Below, piece after piece: positions 28,937-42,406 of a stretch of 64,000 nucleotides of DNA (positions are counted from its first letter, which is position 1; the number at the start of each line of letters is the position of its first letter). The stretch is from Saccostrea cucullata (Eukaryota). The translations under genes and the position numbers were made by a program. The DNA lies in the NCBI RefSeq assembly GCF_032062105.1, contig NW_026940997.1, forward strand, positions 496,001 to 560,000, written 5' to 3'. Below the pieces are notes generated by a model. The model ran no database searches, was not told the origin of the DNA, and worked only from the letters and a program-made list of their open reading frames with translations.

Positions 28937-31900
28937 ATGAGGGCCCGGGATTTTGCCCACTACAGCCTGAGGATTTTTTTCATCACCGTAGCCAACTTGT
29001 TTGGAATCCCTTCATATCTCACCTGGATTTTACTTCTCCAGCCCTTAAAGCATTATTACCCAGAGTTATTTTGGAAAATTGAATCTGTTTTATTCCAGGG
29101 ACTTTTAACTATAGTTACGACATGGCTGTACTCAGGGGGATATACAAGTAAGCAGCAATTATTACACAATCTGAAATGTATCCATTGTAAATAGATGTAC
29201 TTTTTAGTGTAAATATCAGAATACAAAGGATAGTGGTTAATGGCATATTCCATACTACCCTTTTATCTCATGCAGATACACTGCAGATAAACTCACCAGT
29301 GTCACAATGGTGCAGCTTTTTTCAGGACATTTGCTTTTAACTAGCCTCAGGGGACATGATTTGAACAAACTTAATAACACACATCTACATATGCTTTTAC
29401 ATTATGACTAATAATGACCATGGTGATCTTCACAATTAAAAAAAAAAGTCTCTGAGTCTTTATTGTACCCCTACCATATCCCAGACTATTGCAACCTCCC
29501 AATGCTCCCAAACCCCAGACTATTGTAGCCCTCCCAAACCTCAGACTATTGTAGCTCTCCCGAACCCCAGAGTAGAAGCTCTTCCAAACCCAAGACAAGA
29601 TTATTGTAGCTCTCTAAACCCCAACTATTGAAGCTCTCCCAAACCCAAGATTATTGTAGCTCTCCAAAACCCCAGATTATTGTAGCTCTCCCTAATTCCA
29701 GACTATTGTAGCTCTCCCATACCCTAGACTATTGTAGCTCTCCCATACCCTAGACTATTGTAGCTCTCCCTTACCCCAGACTATTATAGCCGTCCAGTAC
29801 CCCAAACTATTGTAGCCCTTCCATACCCTAAACTATTGTAGCTCTTCCATACCCCCAACTATTGTAGTCCTCCCATACCCCAGACTATTGTAGCTCTCCC
29901 ATACTCTAGACCATTGCAGCTCTCCCATACTGTAGAGTATTGTAGCTCTCCCATACTCTAGACCATTGTAGCCCTCCCATACGCTAGACTATTGTAGCTC
30001 TCCCATACTCTAGACTATTGTAGCTCTCCCATACCCTAGACTATTGTAGCTCTCCCATACTGTAGAGTATTGTAGTCCTCCCATACCCCAGACTATTGTA
30101 GCTCTCCCATACCCTAGACTATTGTAGCTCTCCCATACTCTAGACCATTGTAGCTCTCCCATACTGTAGAGTATTGTAGCTCTCCCATACTCTAGACCAT
30201 TGTAGCCCTCCCATACGCTAGACTATTGTAGCTCTCCCATACCCTAGACTATTGTAGCTCTCCCATACTCTAGACCATTGTAGCTCTCCCATACTGTAGA
30301 GTATTGTAGCTCTCCCATACTCTAGACCATTGTAGCTCTCCCATACTGTAGAGTATTGTAGCTCTCCCATACTCTAGACCATTGTAGCCCTCCCATACGC
30401 TAGACTATTGTAGCTCTCCCATACCCTAGACTATTTATAGCCCTCCCATACTCCCAAACTATTGTAGCCCTCCCATACTCTAGACTTTTGTAGCTCTCCC
30501 CATTGTCGGAAACCCACGGGTGATCTTGTCTATACTTATCACCCGTGGGCAAACTGGCTGAAATATCGCCTTAAAATATGCTAATTTGTTGTTCTTAGTC
30601 AACCAATCAGAAAGTTGGAACTCTTCAATTTTGAAAAATATGTTTATTACTTTGCTATTTATGGTAAATATTTTGAAGCTCGTTAAAACGTGCTAAGTTT
30701 GATTTAAAACAATGAAAGTCAATTCGTACAGGTCACTGACATTAATATCCCTCAGATATTACATAGGAGTACCTCTTTCTAACTGCAAAATGCACCGGTG
30801 ACTGGATTTATCAGCTGTGTTAACTACAGAATGAGTATTTCATGTTTTTGGCAATGCCGAACATGCATATGTAACGTGAACTGTGATTCGTTGTTTCGCA
30901 TCGCGACTCTGTGATGGGGGCAATCAAATGACCCATGCATATTTAATTACATACGATGATTTTTCGGCGAGTTTGCCCACGGGTGATAAGTAAAGACGAG
31001 ATCACCCGTGGGTTTCCGACGATGAGCTCTCCTGTACCCTAGACTATTTTAGCTCTCCCATACCCCAAACTATTGTAGCCCTCCCATATCCCAAACTATT
31101 GTAGCCCTCCAATACCCCAAACTATTGTAGCTCTCCCATACCTAGACTATTGTAGCCCTACCGTACCCCAAACTATTGTAGCTCTCCCATTCCCTAGACT
31201 ATTGTAGCTCTCCCATACCCTAGACTATTGTAGCCCTCCCATAGGGTAAAAAAACTTCCACCTTTCTGATCTGCTGTTTGCGTATTAGTTTTACTAATCA
31301 TGGGCCTATTGTTTGAATAAGGAATATTTCACAAGATTTTTTCCCATATATTCCCATGTGAAACTTTGATACCCCAAGGCTAGCTCCACCCTTTCTCCTG
31401 GGGGACTTCTTTTGAACAATCTAGAATATGCACTGTCGAAGAATGCTAGCAAAAAATATATAATATCACATGGTCCTGCTATACTTATGAAGATTTTTAA
31501 ACATTTTCATGTAGCACTGACATCTGCTACTGAGGCCCAATCCTACTGCCTGTGGCTATGTTATGAACAAGGGTACCACAAAACTGATCATTAAGCAGGA
31601 TCATGATTAAATCAAATCTGCAATAGCCAGAGATGTTTATGAATAATATCACTATAATCATCACATGGTCTTGCTGCAGTTGAACAGATTAGAAAGATTT
31701 TACAATGATTGCATATTATTTGTCCCATGCTTCTTGAAAATATTTTTCACAATGCATTACTTTGCTTTTTTATGCTCTGTAAACAAAGTTTCAGGGGTAT
31801 ATAGTTTTTGTCGCGTCCTTCCATCTGTCTAGCTGTCTCTCTGTCTGTCTGTCTGTCTAGCTGTTCGTCTGCAAAAACTTTAACTTTGCCCATAACTTTT

Positions 31901-34900
31901 GATTTAGTGGAGCTATGACTTTCATATTTCACCTGTATATTCCTTGTGACAAGACCTTTCTTTGGGTACCACCAAATTTGACCTTTCGACCTTGGAGTTT
32001 GACCCACTTTTACACAAAAATGCCAAACATTTACTTGGCCATAACTTTTGAACAGTAAGGACTAGTGCTTTCATACTTCACGGTCACCATACATATGTAA
32101 TTCTTGTGAAAAAAAACCTTTCATTGGATACCAAGAACTTTGACCCTTTGACCCTGACCTTAGAGTTTGATCTACGGTACTTTTAGAAAGCAAACCTTGA
32201 CCATAACTTTTAAAGGGTCAGGACTAATGTATTCATACTTTACATATTTATTCCTTGTGACAAGGCCATTCCTTGTGTACCACCAAATTTGACCCTTTGA
32301 CCTTGACGTTGGAGTTTGACTTACTTTTCAAAATTGATAACCTTGGCCATAACTTTTAAAGGATTAGGGCTAGGGCTTCCATACTTCACATATGTATTCT
32401 TTGTGGCAAGACCTTTCATTAGATTCCAGTAACCTTGACCTTTTGACCTTGACCTTGGAGATTTCTGTACTTATAAAAACTTTAACCTTGCCCATAACTT
32501 TTGAACTCTAAGGGCTAGTCCTCTTATACTTCACATATGTAATCCTTGTGAGAAGACCCTTCATTGAATACCAAGAACTTTGACCCTTTGACCTTGACGT
32601 TTGACATACTTAAAAAAACAAATCTTGATCATAACTTTTGAAGAAGGCAAGTGCTTTCACACTTTTCATATCTAAACCTTGTGACAAGACCTTTCATTTG
32701 ATGTCAAGAATTTTGACCCTTTGACCTTGACCTTGGAGTTAGACCTACTTTTAAAAATAGGTAACCTTGGCCATAACTTTTGAAGGGTTAGGGCTACGGC
32801 TTCCATACTTCACGTATGTATTCTTTGTGGCAAGACCTTTCATTGCATACCAATTACCTTGACCTTGGGGATTTCCATAGTTATGTCCATCCATCTGTCT
32901 GTCTAGCTGTCCGTCTGTCTGTGCAAAAGTGTCCGGTCCATATCTTTCTTACGGAGGAACATTAGAATCTACTATTCCACACAAATATTGCCCATGACCT
33001 AAGGGTGTGTCATGACCTTGACCCAAGGTCATTTGGGGAAGTTCAAGGTCACTGGAAGAAAAAATTCATAATTCGTGTCCGCTCCATACTTTCTTATGGA
33101 TAAACTTGGTAGGTTCTAATTTCACACAAAGATTGTACATGACCTAAGGGTGTGTCCTGACCTTGACCCAAGGTCATTTGGGGAAGTTCAAGGTCACTGG
33201 AAGAAAAATTTCATAAGTCGTGTCCGGGCCTTATCTTTCTTATGGATAAACTTGGTAGGTTCTAATTTCACACAAAGATTGCTCATAACCTAAGGGTGTG
33301 TCATGACCTTGACCAATGGTCCTTTGGGGAAGTTCAAAGTCACTGGAAGAAAAAATTCATAATTTGTGTCCGGTCCATATCTTTCTTATGGATAAACTTG
33401 GTAAGTTCTCATTTCACACAAAGATTCCTCCTGACCTAGGGATGTGTCATGACCTTGAGTCAAGGTCATTTGGGGAAGTTCAAGGTCACTGGAAGAAAAA
33501 ATTCATAATTCATGTCTGGTCCATATCTTTCTTATGGATAAACTTGGGAAGTTCTCATTTCACACAAAGATTGCTCATGACCTAAGGATGTGTCATGACC
33601 TTGGGTCAAGGTCATTTGGGGAAGTTCAAGGTCACTGGAAGAAAAATTTTATAATTTGTGTCCGGTCCATATCTTTCTTTATGGAAAAACTTGAATCTAC
33701 TACTCCACACAAACATTGCTTATGACCTGAGGTTGTATCATGATTTTGAACCAAGGTCATTTATGCAAGTTCAAGGTCACAGACAGAAAAAGTTCATCAT
33801 AATTTGTGTCTGGTCCGTATATTAAGTCTATTTTTTTTATTAGGCTGCGCCTTCGTTTCATTTAAGAAAAATATAATGAGCAATTACATTTGCACTAAAA
33901 ATATTTTAGCATTTCTCTCGTTCTTTTAGATCCATAAAATATTCACGATTTAGCACTTCTGAAAAACCCAGCAGGGGGTATTTTGTCCCGTTTGGACAGT
34001 TCTAGTTATCTCTTCTTTCAAGAAGCCCTGGACCTTTATTTGAACAAAGGGATATTCAGTGCCAGATTTGTCAGAAATTGGTCAAGTGGTTTTGGAAAAG
34101 ATTATAAAATTGAGAGAAAAAAAAATTATGACACCATCAAGGACAATTAAAAAAAAAACCAACAGACAAATTTTGTCCAGGAAAGCTCATGTGCAATATT
34201 ACTTAGAATAATTTTAACTGAACAATATATACAGTTTTGATCCTTTTTATTAACACAATATTTATTAGGTAAAGGGTGAATAACTTTTGTTTTTATCTCT
34301 CCCCCCCCCCAAAATATACCAAGTGCCTTATTGTTAGATACCCTTGTATATTTTTTATTTTATTTTCATATACTTTCTAAGTATTCTTAAATTGAGTTTC
34401 GATCTTTGTAGTAATGGAGTCTGGAGACAGTTTGGAGGGGATCATGAATGATGAAGCAGTGGTTCTAGTAAATCATCAATCCACATCAGACGTTCCCATT
34501 GTCATGTCAGCTCTTCATAACAAAGCTCAGGTGGTCGGGAAGGTCATGTGGGTCATGGACGACATCTTCAAGTACACAAACTTTGGGTGGATTTCTTATT
34601 TCCATGGAGATTTTTTCATTCTTCAGGTAAAATGATGCTTGAAATAAGTTAAAATTTATTGAGAGTTTTTTTAAAGTGTTTATTTTAAATTGCTTGGAGA
34701 CAAAGTATTATGTTGTGTTTTTTCTTAGGGAAAAGAAGCAAGAACAGATTCTTTAGAGAAGTTACAAAAACACATAAATGAAATATATAAAACAACATTC
34801 AAAAATTGGATCATCCTGTTCCCAGAGGGAGGGTTCCTTCGAAAACGTAGATTTCGCAGTCAAGAGTAAGTGTACTGGTATATTTTACATAATAAATATT

Positions 34901-35886
34901 TTTTTCATAATTCTACAATTTCCTTCTAATGAAAAGAAAAAGCTTCTGATTCTTCATGAATAATAAACATCTATGTATTATAGATGATTTACCGGTACAT
35001 CTTTAACCTTGACCTCTTACAGATTTGCCAAGAAAAACCACCTACCAGTTCTCCAACATGTAACACTTCCTCGTGTTGGGGCACTTAAAGTGATAATAGA
35101 CAACCTGGCTTCACCAACTACAGTTAATGGGAATGTTACAGGTCAGGCTAGGTCAATCAACCAAAAATTTCAGTATGTGTACCCTCACAATAAAATTAAC
35201 TGGGGGAAGGGTAAACTGAAAATAAAATCTGTGTGTACATCAGTTTGTTAATGTAGGTCAGTGTCAGATCAGCTCTGAGCTCACCAAAAATGATATATCC
35301 CAATGAATATTGAAATTCTTGTATTGTCAAATTGGAAATGCTTAAAAATTAACCATTAATGAAAATAAGACAATAATTAAGTTCAATAATTTAAAAAAAT
35401 CAAAGATATGAATTAACTTTGAAATGGAAGACATGGTATATATATTTATTTACAGGAAGCAAATCAAATGAAAAGACACTAAAGTGGGTGATAGACATTA
35501 CCATCGGTTATCCAGGGGCAACTCCTTACAACTCACATGGCATGTTTGTGGGGTACTGGCCACCCCATAAGGTGGACATCCATTATCGTGTGTATCCCAT
35601 ACAAGAGATTCCCACCGAAAAGGAAGCCCTGACAAAATGGATGTACGATCGCTACGAGGAAAAGGAAGTGCTCCTACAGGAATTTTACACAAAAAGCAAG
35701 CCTCTAGATGAATCAGATAACCAGAAGCGAGCCATGCCGAGGGTCAGGCGTCATGATCTGGTTATTGATAAATGTTTAGCCTGTCTTTTCTACCTGCTTC
35801 ATTTGTGTTCATTTATAGTGTTCTGGTTTTATTTATATTGTCCTGTTATAAGGATCATCAGATTTATGATGAGTTTTGTATTTTAG
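28937..35886 (+). CDS. LPGAT1: Acyl-CoA:lysophosphatidylglycerol acyltransferase 1 (5 coding exons)
   Basis: Exons 28937-29147, 34412-34626, 34729-34865, 35023-35141 and ~35456-35886. Acyltransferase motifs [37 protein letters not shown] and [11 protein letters not shown]. Confidence 0.93.
29470..31245. repeat. ~26-bp minisatellite array (ctagactattgtagctctcccatacc), interrupted by a MITE
   Basis: More than 40 tandem copies with sub-variants, in the first coding intron of LPGAT1. Confidence 0.93.
30501..31024. mobile_element. Non-autonomous DNA transposon with ~63-bp TIRs and 9-bp TSD, inserted in the minisatellite
   Basis: TIR cat(t/c)gtcggaaacccacgggtgatct.gtct.tacttatcacccgtgggcaaact. 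TSD AGCTCTCCC / AGCTCTCCT. Confidence 0.9.
31790..34010. repeat. Two adjacent Helentron/HINE-like elements with internal satellites (~150-bp units at 31890-32870; 146-bp units at 32930-33800)
   Basis: (GTCT/GTCC)n leaders at ~31820 and ~32885. Recurring ccataacttttg..tgaccttgacctt and gtgtcatgaccttgacccaaggtcatttggggaagttcaaggtcactgg at regular spacing. Confidence 0.8.
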
Positions 35887-36166
35887 AGTTTATTAAAATA
35901 ACTTTTTATTGTTATTTTATGGTTTTTTGTGACGTACAATCAGGAATTTTTGCATCATATTTATCGTAATACCAGTGAACTGGTGCATTTTACTTGCAAG
36001 TTCTCACTATATTTGTCCACAAATTGAATCATAGTATTAGTTTTTATATAGACAGGTTTTTATAATCTGTACTTGAGATCTCTGTATGACATTTTTTATA
36101 TAACTTTTCAATATCTTTTGAATTTTATTTATTTCATCTTCCCAGATAAGATACTGTGTATATATA

Positions 36167-36374
36167 CTGTAAATCACTTTTTATTCACGAGAACTTTATT
36201 TTCGCGTTATTACGCGAGACAGTGTGCTTGTAAAAATTTATTTCTCGCATATAATAGTATTCCTTAAGATTATATAGAGCAATTACTACAATTTGCGAAA
36301 ATTTTGTCTCGCTAATTAAGAGTCAATGACTATCTCGCAAAAATAAGGTGTCACGAAAATTTAGTGATCTACAG
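36167..36374. mobile_element. Tc1/mariner-type MITE downstream of the LPGAT1 stop
   Basis: TA|CTGTAAATCACT ... AGTGATCTACAG|TA, with internal tcgcg / cgcga motifs. Confidence 0.75.
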
Positions 36375-38935
36375 TATTTAGATTAAGGTTTGTGGTCCCC
36401 CGTTTGCTCAATTTAATTTTTTGCTTTCATAAATAATTTTCCAAAAGAAATTTATAATTAAAAATGCACACAATTTAGGCATACTTTGTGGGGGCAAAAT
36501 ATAACTGATTTAGAAATGGCCTTAAACTTAATATTATAGAGGTCTCAGGAGTTATATTCATTTATCCCAGTCTTGATTATCGCTGATAAACCTTAATCTT
36601 AAGACAATGTTAACATTTTACATTACATGCATATGCATTTATAAATCTCCTTAATCTAAGAACCTTGTGATTTGAGATCATACATGTATTTTCTTCTTCA
36701 GGCATATCAACATGCACAAGTATGGATAATTTTAAGATAAAAGACTTTAAAATTATTTTATTACAAATGTTATCTGGGTTATGTCAGTAACATTGGTATA
36801 AAAAAAATTACATTGTATACCTGAGGAACAAAATTTAAATATGAAACTTTGATTTTGGCGGAAACTATGTAGTCATTTTTAGGAAGTTCATAAAGATACT
36901 TCCTATGTACATACTAATTAAGTACCAGTAACCAGAACAAAGTATAATGCATGTATTCAGGGGTCAGCTGTGCATTGTGTGTTCATTAATGAAGCTTCTG
37001 CCAATATTTTCCTTCTTTTGAGGTTGTTTGGTTGACAACTACAAATTGTACATGTACTAGTAAATTTCAGAAATTAGGTAACTAACTTATTTATAGAATG
37101 TTGCAAAGATCATTTTTGTAGTTGTAAATGTACTAAGTTCACGCTTTGTCTTGCCAGCCCGAGTGTTGGATTTCCAGTTTTTTTTTTGGTAATGATAAAT
37201 GCATTATGCTGGAGATATAATCTAGATCAAGTTGTATGTTTTTTAAGTCTTTCAGCAATAACATTCATGTTTGATTACTTGATTTTATGTTTTCTACAAT
37301 AATTTTTCTAAGCTGCCACCCATTTGAAATCTGTGTATATATATACATGTACCAGCACTAGATCTTGACATTCCTGATATCTTAAATACCTCAATATATT
37401 ATCAACTTGATATATTTTAGAAAAAAAAATTTAAACCATGAAAACATGGAAATCTTAGAGTAACTATCATACTGTAACTTTCAAGACTCCGACTGTTTCA
37501 AGTACTTATGATATATCACAAAATGAAGATTCTGGTATGCCAACATTTTCTTTGGATACACCATATAAGCAGAATTTTTAGCGTGGATTTAATTTTGGCA
37601 TTATTAGCAAGGGTGTTTAGAATTGAATATTGCTAATAAATAATTGCATTTTATTTATAAAAGTTTCATTAGTGAGCATTTTTAAAATCGCTAAAATTAC
37701 ATCTCACTAAAAATAACTTTAATAAATTTTCAGGACAATTGCTAAATTTGTGTCTTGCTAACATTTCAACTTCTATGTTAATAGGATATATGTGTGCTAA
37801 AAGTATACATTAAGTACCAGCTTTGGTTTTGATTGTCTGTAAACTAGCTTTTTTCTGATTTAAAGTGTATGATTTATATACTAATATAGTTTGGTATACT
37901 AGCTGGTATTGATATCATCTTTTTGAAATTAAAATGAGTTGAATTTTAAGAAATTTGATACATGTATACCATACTGATTTTTAAGCATTAATTTATACAT
38001 GTATTCCAATTATTAAAAAAATAATGTTTATTTATTGAAGTCTCATTTTATTTTTAAGTTAAACCCATAGTTTTGTTCTCTTTACTATATTCCCCCTTTC
38101 CATTTGGCATACAAAAGTAGGTCACTTGAGACTACTTTTACTTTGCAATTTTACAGCTGAGAACCTTAACAAAACTCAGACTATAAACTGAGAACAGACT
38201 TATGGAATGATATGAACTTAGTAAAACCTTAAGTCTTTATATAATAAATACAGTGGATTTTAAATGAATATTTTTATTTTCATTCTAAATTTCACAATTA
38301 ACGAGAGGTTCAGCAAACGAACGTGTACATGTAAAAGGGAATCCCCCTCCTGAATTCTGTCTATTATGTCATCAGTTCTGTTAGTGACAAATTTCTACAT
38401 GTATTCACTTACATGTAGAATGCCGAGTACGTTAGTCCACACATGTAGCTTATATTTCTTTTTTAGAAATATTTTTTTAAAACCTGTAGCTTTTATGCAA
38501 ATTCTAATACATAGAACTAAACAACTAGAATTGAAAAATATGATTTTATAGAGTACATGTATTAAATACTCAACCTCTAGATTTTCAAAACAGGCTTTGA
38601 AGGGCTAAACTTATAAGAACTCTATTCAATTCTATCCTGATAAATATATGCAAATATTTATTTAACATGGCGATATACATATTAAATTTATTCTGTTTTG
38701 TAACTTTTTGTCATTGTAAGCACTTTTGCATTTAAAACACTTACAAGTACACATACAGGATATACTTTGCTAAACAAGAGAAATCATTTTCTATTAGTTG
38801 TATGTGGGGATTATTTTATACGCGTAAGCATATTGAAGGGTAGTTGTTTGGTCATAGTATATAAGAAGTTGGTCAGGCGTAAAGTGGTCATCGACGAGCA
38901 ATAATCAACCAGATTTCGAACACGCTTTACCTGTT

Positions 38936-39772
38936 ATGAATGAGTCAAATTCTAGTCACGAGGAGCGGGTTTTACATGCTGCGCCCCAAATTGGCCAAAG
39001 TGGACGACCTGGCTTGACACAAAATTCGCAAGACGAATTCACTAGTGAAGATGCACTGGATATTTTTACAGACAAATTAGAAAGGGCGCTTAGACGGCAA
39101 AAGCAAGAAATCGTCAGTGAGTTGAGTTTAGCCCAGAGGTCAACAGAAAAAAAGGTACCTGATTTTAGATATCAAGGCAATAAAATTCAGTTTGAATTCA
39201 ATGCAGAAAGAGAAACTGACATTAGAAAAGTATTAAACCTGTTGGAAAATAACAGAATAGAAGCGGCTAAAGAAATTTTGAATTCTACCATAACACATTT
39301 GAATAAAAGAAATAAAGTTGTTCGCATAGCGGATAAATATGGTTGGGATGTTGTACATGAGTATGAAGATGATCCTATTACTGACGACGCTGACGATGCT
39401 ACTAAGCTTCGACAAGCTATTTTCAGAGCAAAGAAAAGAAGCAACAACAAGAAGCCTTATGACAGAACAACACGTGCTTATCCTGGACAGGAAGTGCAGT
39501 CATTTCCGGGACAGTTTTTTCGTTCATATGGGCAGGATTCTGGACAGGGTTTCCCCAGAACAGAGTACGGAAGACAATCGTTCTATCAGCCCTTCACATA
39601 TCCTCAACAAGGGTACAGAAAGGCAACTTCAACTGTCACAAGTAACAACGGAGCAGCAGCCAGCAACATCTGTTTCTACTGTAACAAATTTGGACACTGG
39701 GCCAACAAATGTCCAGAGAGAGGAAGTGGAACTTCCACTACAACCGCAACAACAACAACAGCCAGCAAATAA
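38936..39772 (+). CDS. Gag-like ORF1 of the YR retrotransposon
   Basis: FRYQGNKIQFEFN..RNKVVRIADKYGWDVVHEY core and CCHC knuckle CFYCNKFGHWANKC. Overlaps pol in another frame. Confidence 0.88.
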   Translation: MNESNSSHEERVLHAAPQIGQSGRPGLTQNSQDEFTSEDALDIFTDKLERALRRQKQEIVSELSLAQRSTEKKVPDFRYQGNKIQFEFNAERETDIRKVLNLLENNRIEAAKEILNSTITHLNKRNKVVRIADKYGWDVVHEYEDDPITDDADDATKLRQAIFRAKKRSNNKKPYDRTTRAYPGQEVQSFPGQFFRSYGQDSGQGFPRTEYGRQSFYQPFTYPQQGYRKATSTVTSNNGAAASNICFYCNKFGHWANKCPERGSGTSTTTATTTTASK

Positions 39773-41178
39773 TGACTTGGTGAGCACTTGTTCTTTGAAT
39801 GACAATGTATGTGAATTTGAAAATTTTAGTTCAAATAGTGTTAAAGGCAATTTAAAGAAACACGCAAAATTTTGGAAATATCATATAGGTGCCTCAGATT
39901 TTATTTTAAATGTCATAGAATATGGTTATTTTATTCCATTTTTAATGTTGCCTCCAACAGCATGTCTCACTAATAACAAATCTGCATTACAGCATGGACA
40001 ATTTGTTGACTGTGCTATTAATGAGCTCTTAGTTTCAGGAATAGTAGAGGAACAGATGACTCAACCTTATGTGGTAAACCCTTTATCTGTGTCGGTTAAT
40101 TCTGCTGGAAAATGTAGATTGATATTAGACCTCAGGCATGTTAATCAATTTATTGAAAAGAAAAAATTTAAAATCGAAGGTGTTGCTAATGCATTACAAT
40201 TGGTGGTAAAAAATGGATTTATGTACAAATTTGATTTAAAGTCAGGGTACCACCATGTAGAAATACATGATTCGCATCAAAAATATCTTGGTTTCACATG
40301 GAAATTTGGAGATAAAAAGAGGTATTTCATTTTTAAATGTTTACCTTTTGGTTTGTCGAGTGCCCCGTATTTATTTACAAAGTTACTTAGACCTTTAGTG
40401 AAATTCTGGAGAAACAAAGGTTTTAATTCAATCGTTTATCTAGATGATGGATGGGGTATTGCTGATGATTATCATACTTGTGCAAAAATTTCTTGTGAAG
40501 TTAAAAAAGATTTAATTGATGCAGGTTTTGTTATCAATGAAGAAAAGAGTGAGTTTCAACCCAAACAAGTCATTAAGTGGTTAGGATTTTTATGGGATAC
40601 TAAATTGGGAACTCTATCAGTACCTGATGATAAACTTTTGAAATTTCAGAATGATATTGAGTTCATTATCAAAAACAAAAGTAATGTTACAGCTAGACAG
40701 TTGGCTAAAATTACAGGGAAAATCATTTCATTTTCTTTTAGCCTTGGTAACATATGTAACATCATGTCTAGATATTTACATATAGCCATTGCAGAATGTG
40801 TCTCATGGGATCAAACAATATTATTTAATGATAACATCGATCATGAAATTAACTTTTGGTTACAAAATTGTAGATCTTTAGCCAGAGTGTGTTATTTTGA
40901 AAGTGACAAACGTCCAGAGCAGATTTTATATACAGATGCTAGTGGTATTGCAGGAGCTGGTTATTCTGTTAAGACAAATAATTCGTTGGTTCATTATATG
41001 TGGACACCTGAACAGAAGTGTCAAAGTTCCACATGGAGAGAACTTAAAGCAGTACAAATTACTGTAGAGAGTCTCAAAGAAATGTTAAGCGATAGGGTAG
41101 TTAAGCTGTACACTGATAATCAAAATGTAGTCAAGATCGTTGACAAGGGCAGTATGAATCAAGAATTGCAAAGTTTAT

Positions 41179-42000
41179 TGTGATAAATGTGAAATGTTAA
41201 TTGCGTTGTCATGTTTACAATGTGCGATATTTCTTGTCTCATACTTTGTTGTGACATGTCGAGGAAATTCGAACTGGTATTGATGCATGATTACTGTATA
41301 AATGCATATTATATTTATTAATTTCGATGTTAATCATATTCATTTTTACATACTTAATTACCTCTATTCATATGATTACGTCTATTATTGTGGAAAACTA
41401 CAACTTGTATCCAAAACTGTGAAGAAAGATGTTTTGACTTTACCGGGAAATCACATGTTTTCATACTGCAATCCCGATCCCGATCGAACATGATTTGTAT
41501 AAAGAATTTCGTATTTATTCTGTACTTTGACTCGAGTACTGTTTTCTTGTAGTAATATTATGTAATTAAAATAAATATTATCATATTTTTATTACCGTTT
41601 TAATGATACAAGTTGTGTATTGTAAATATGTAGATATTGCTATGACCTAGTTACCTAGATACGTTTGTATAACATACGGGTTCTTGTGCTATATAGAGGT
41701 ACGGCAGCCGTTAAGGGTGACTATCTATTATTGTTGAAAGGTATTTTTTATTAGTTTTTAAGTACTTAAATGATATTGTAATATTATAGAAAGGATTTTT
41801 AACGAATGTTATAGTGAATAGGGATTTGTATTACATTGTTCAATATTTTTTAAAGGAAAATATCTAAATTTAAACCTGAAAATATTATATTTCATATTTT
41901 ATGTTCTAAATAAATAGTTCATATTAATTGATATAATATTTGTGTCTTTTCTAACGTTTTTGAATTTAAATACACATAACAAATTCAGCAAACGCAATAA
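41179..42000. mobile_element. 822-bp AT-rich insertion, solo-LTR-like, in the RNase H region of pol
   Basis: 4-bp TSD TTAT (41175-41178/42001-42004). Starts TGTGAT, with TATA-like (~41690) and AATAAA (~41908) motifs. The 3' end is not a canonical CA, so the class is uncertain. Confidence 0.65.
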
Positions 42001-42406
42001 TTATCAATATCTATTTATTCTATTTGTTTGCAGAATAAAATTAAGTTAGAGACTGAATGGATTCCAAGATCTGAGAATGAAATTGCAGATGCGTACAGTA
42101 AGATTTTTGATTTTGTTGATTGGTCAGTGGGTGATCACATTTTCCAGTTTTTAAGTAAAAAATGGGGGCCATTTGATTATGATTTATTTGCAGACTGTAA
42201 AAATAAGAAAGTAGAAAAATTTTATTCCAGATTTTGGAATCATGGAACATCAGGTGTAGATGCTTTTGGGTTTGATTGGTCTATAGGTAATAATTGGATA
42301 GTACCTCCTGTTAATCTAATTATAAAAGTGATTAAACATTTGATTTTGTGCAAAGCAAGAGGTACTCTTATTGTTCCTAAATGGCAGTCTGCACCTTTTT
42401 GGCCTT

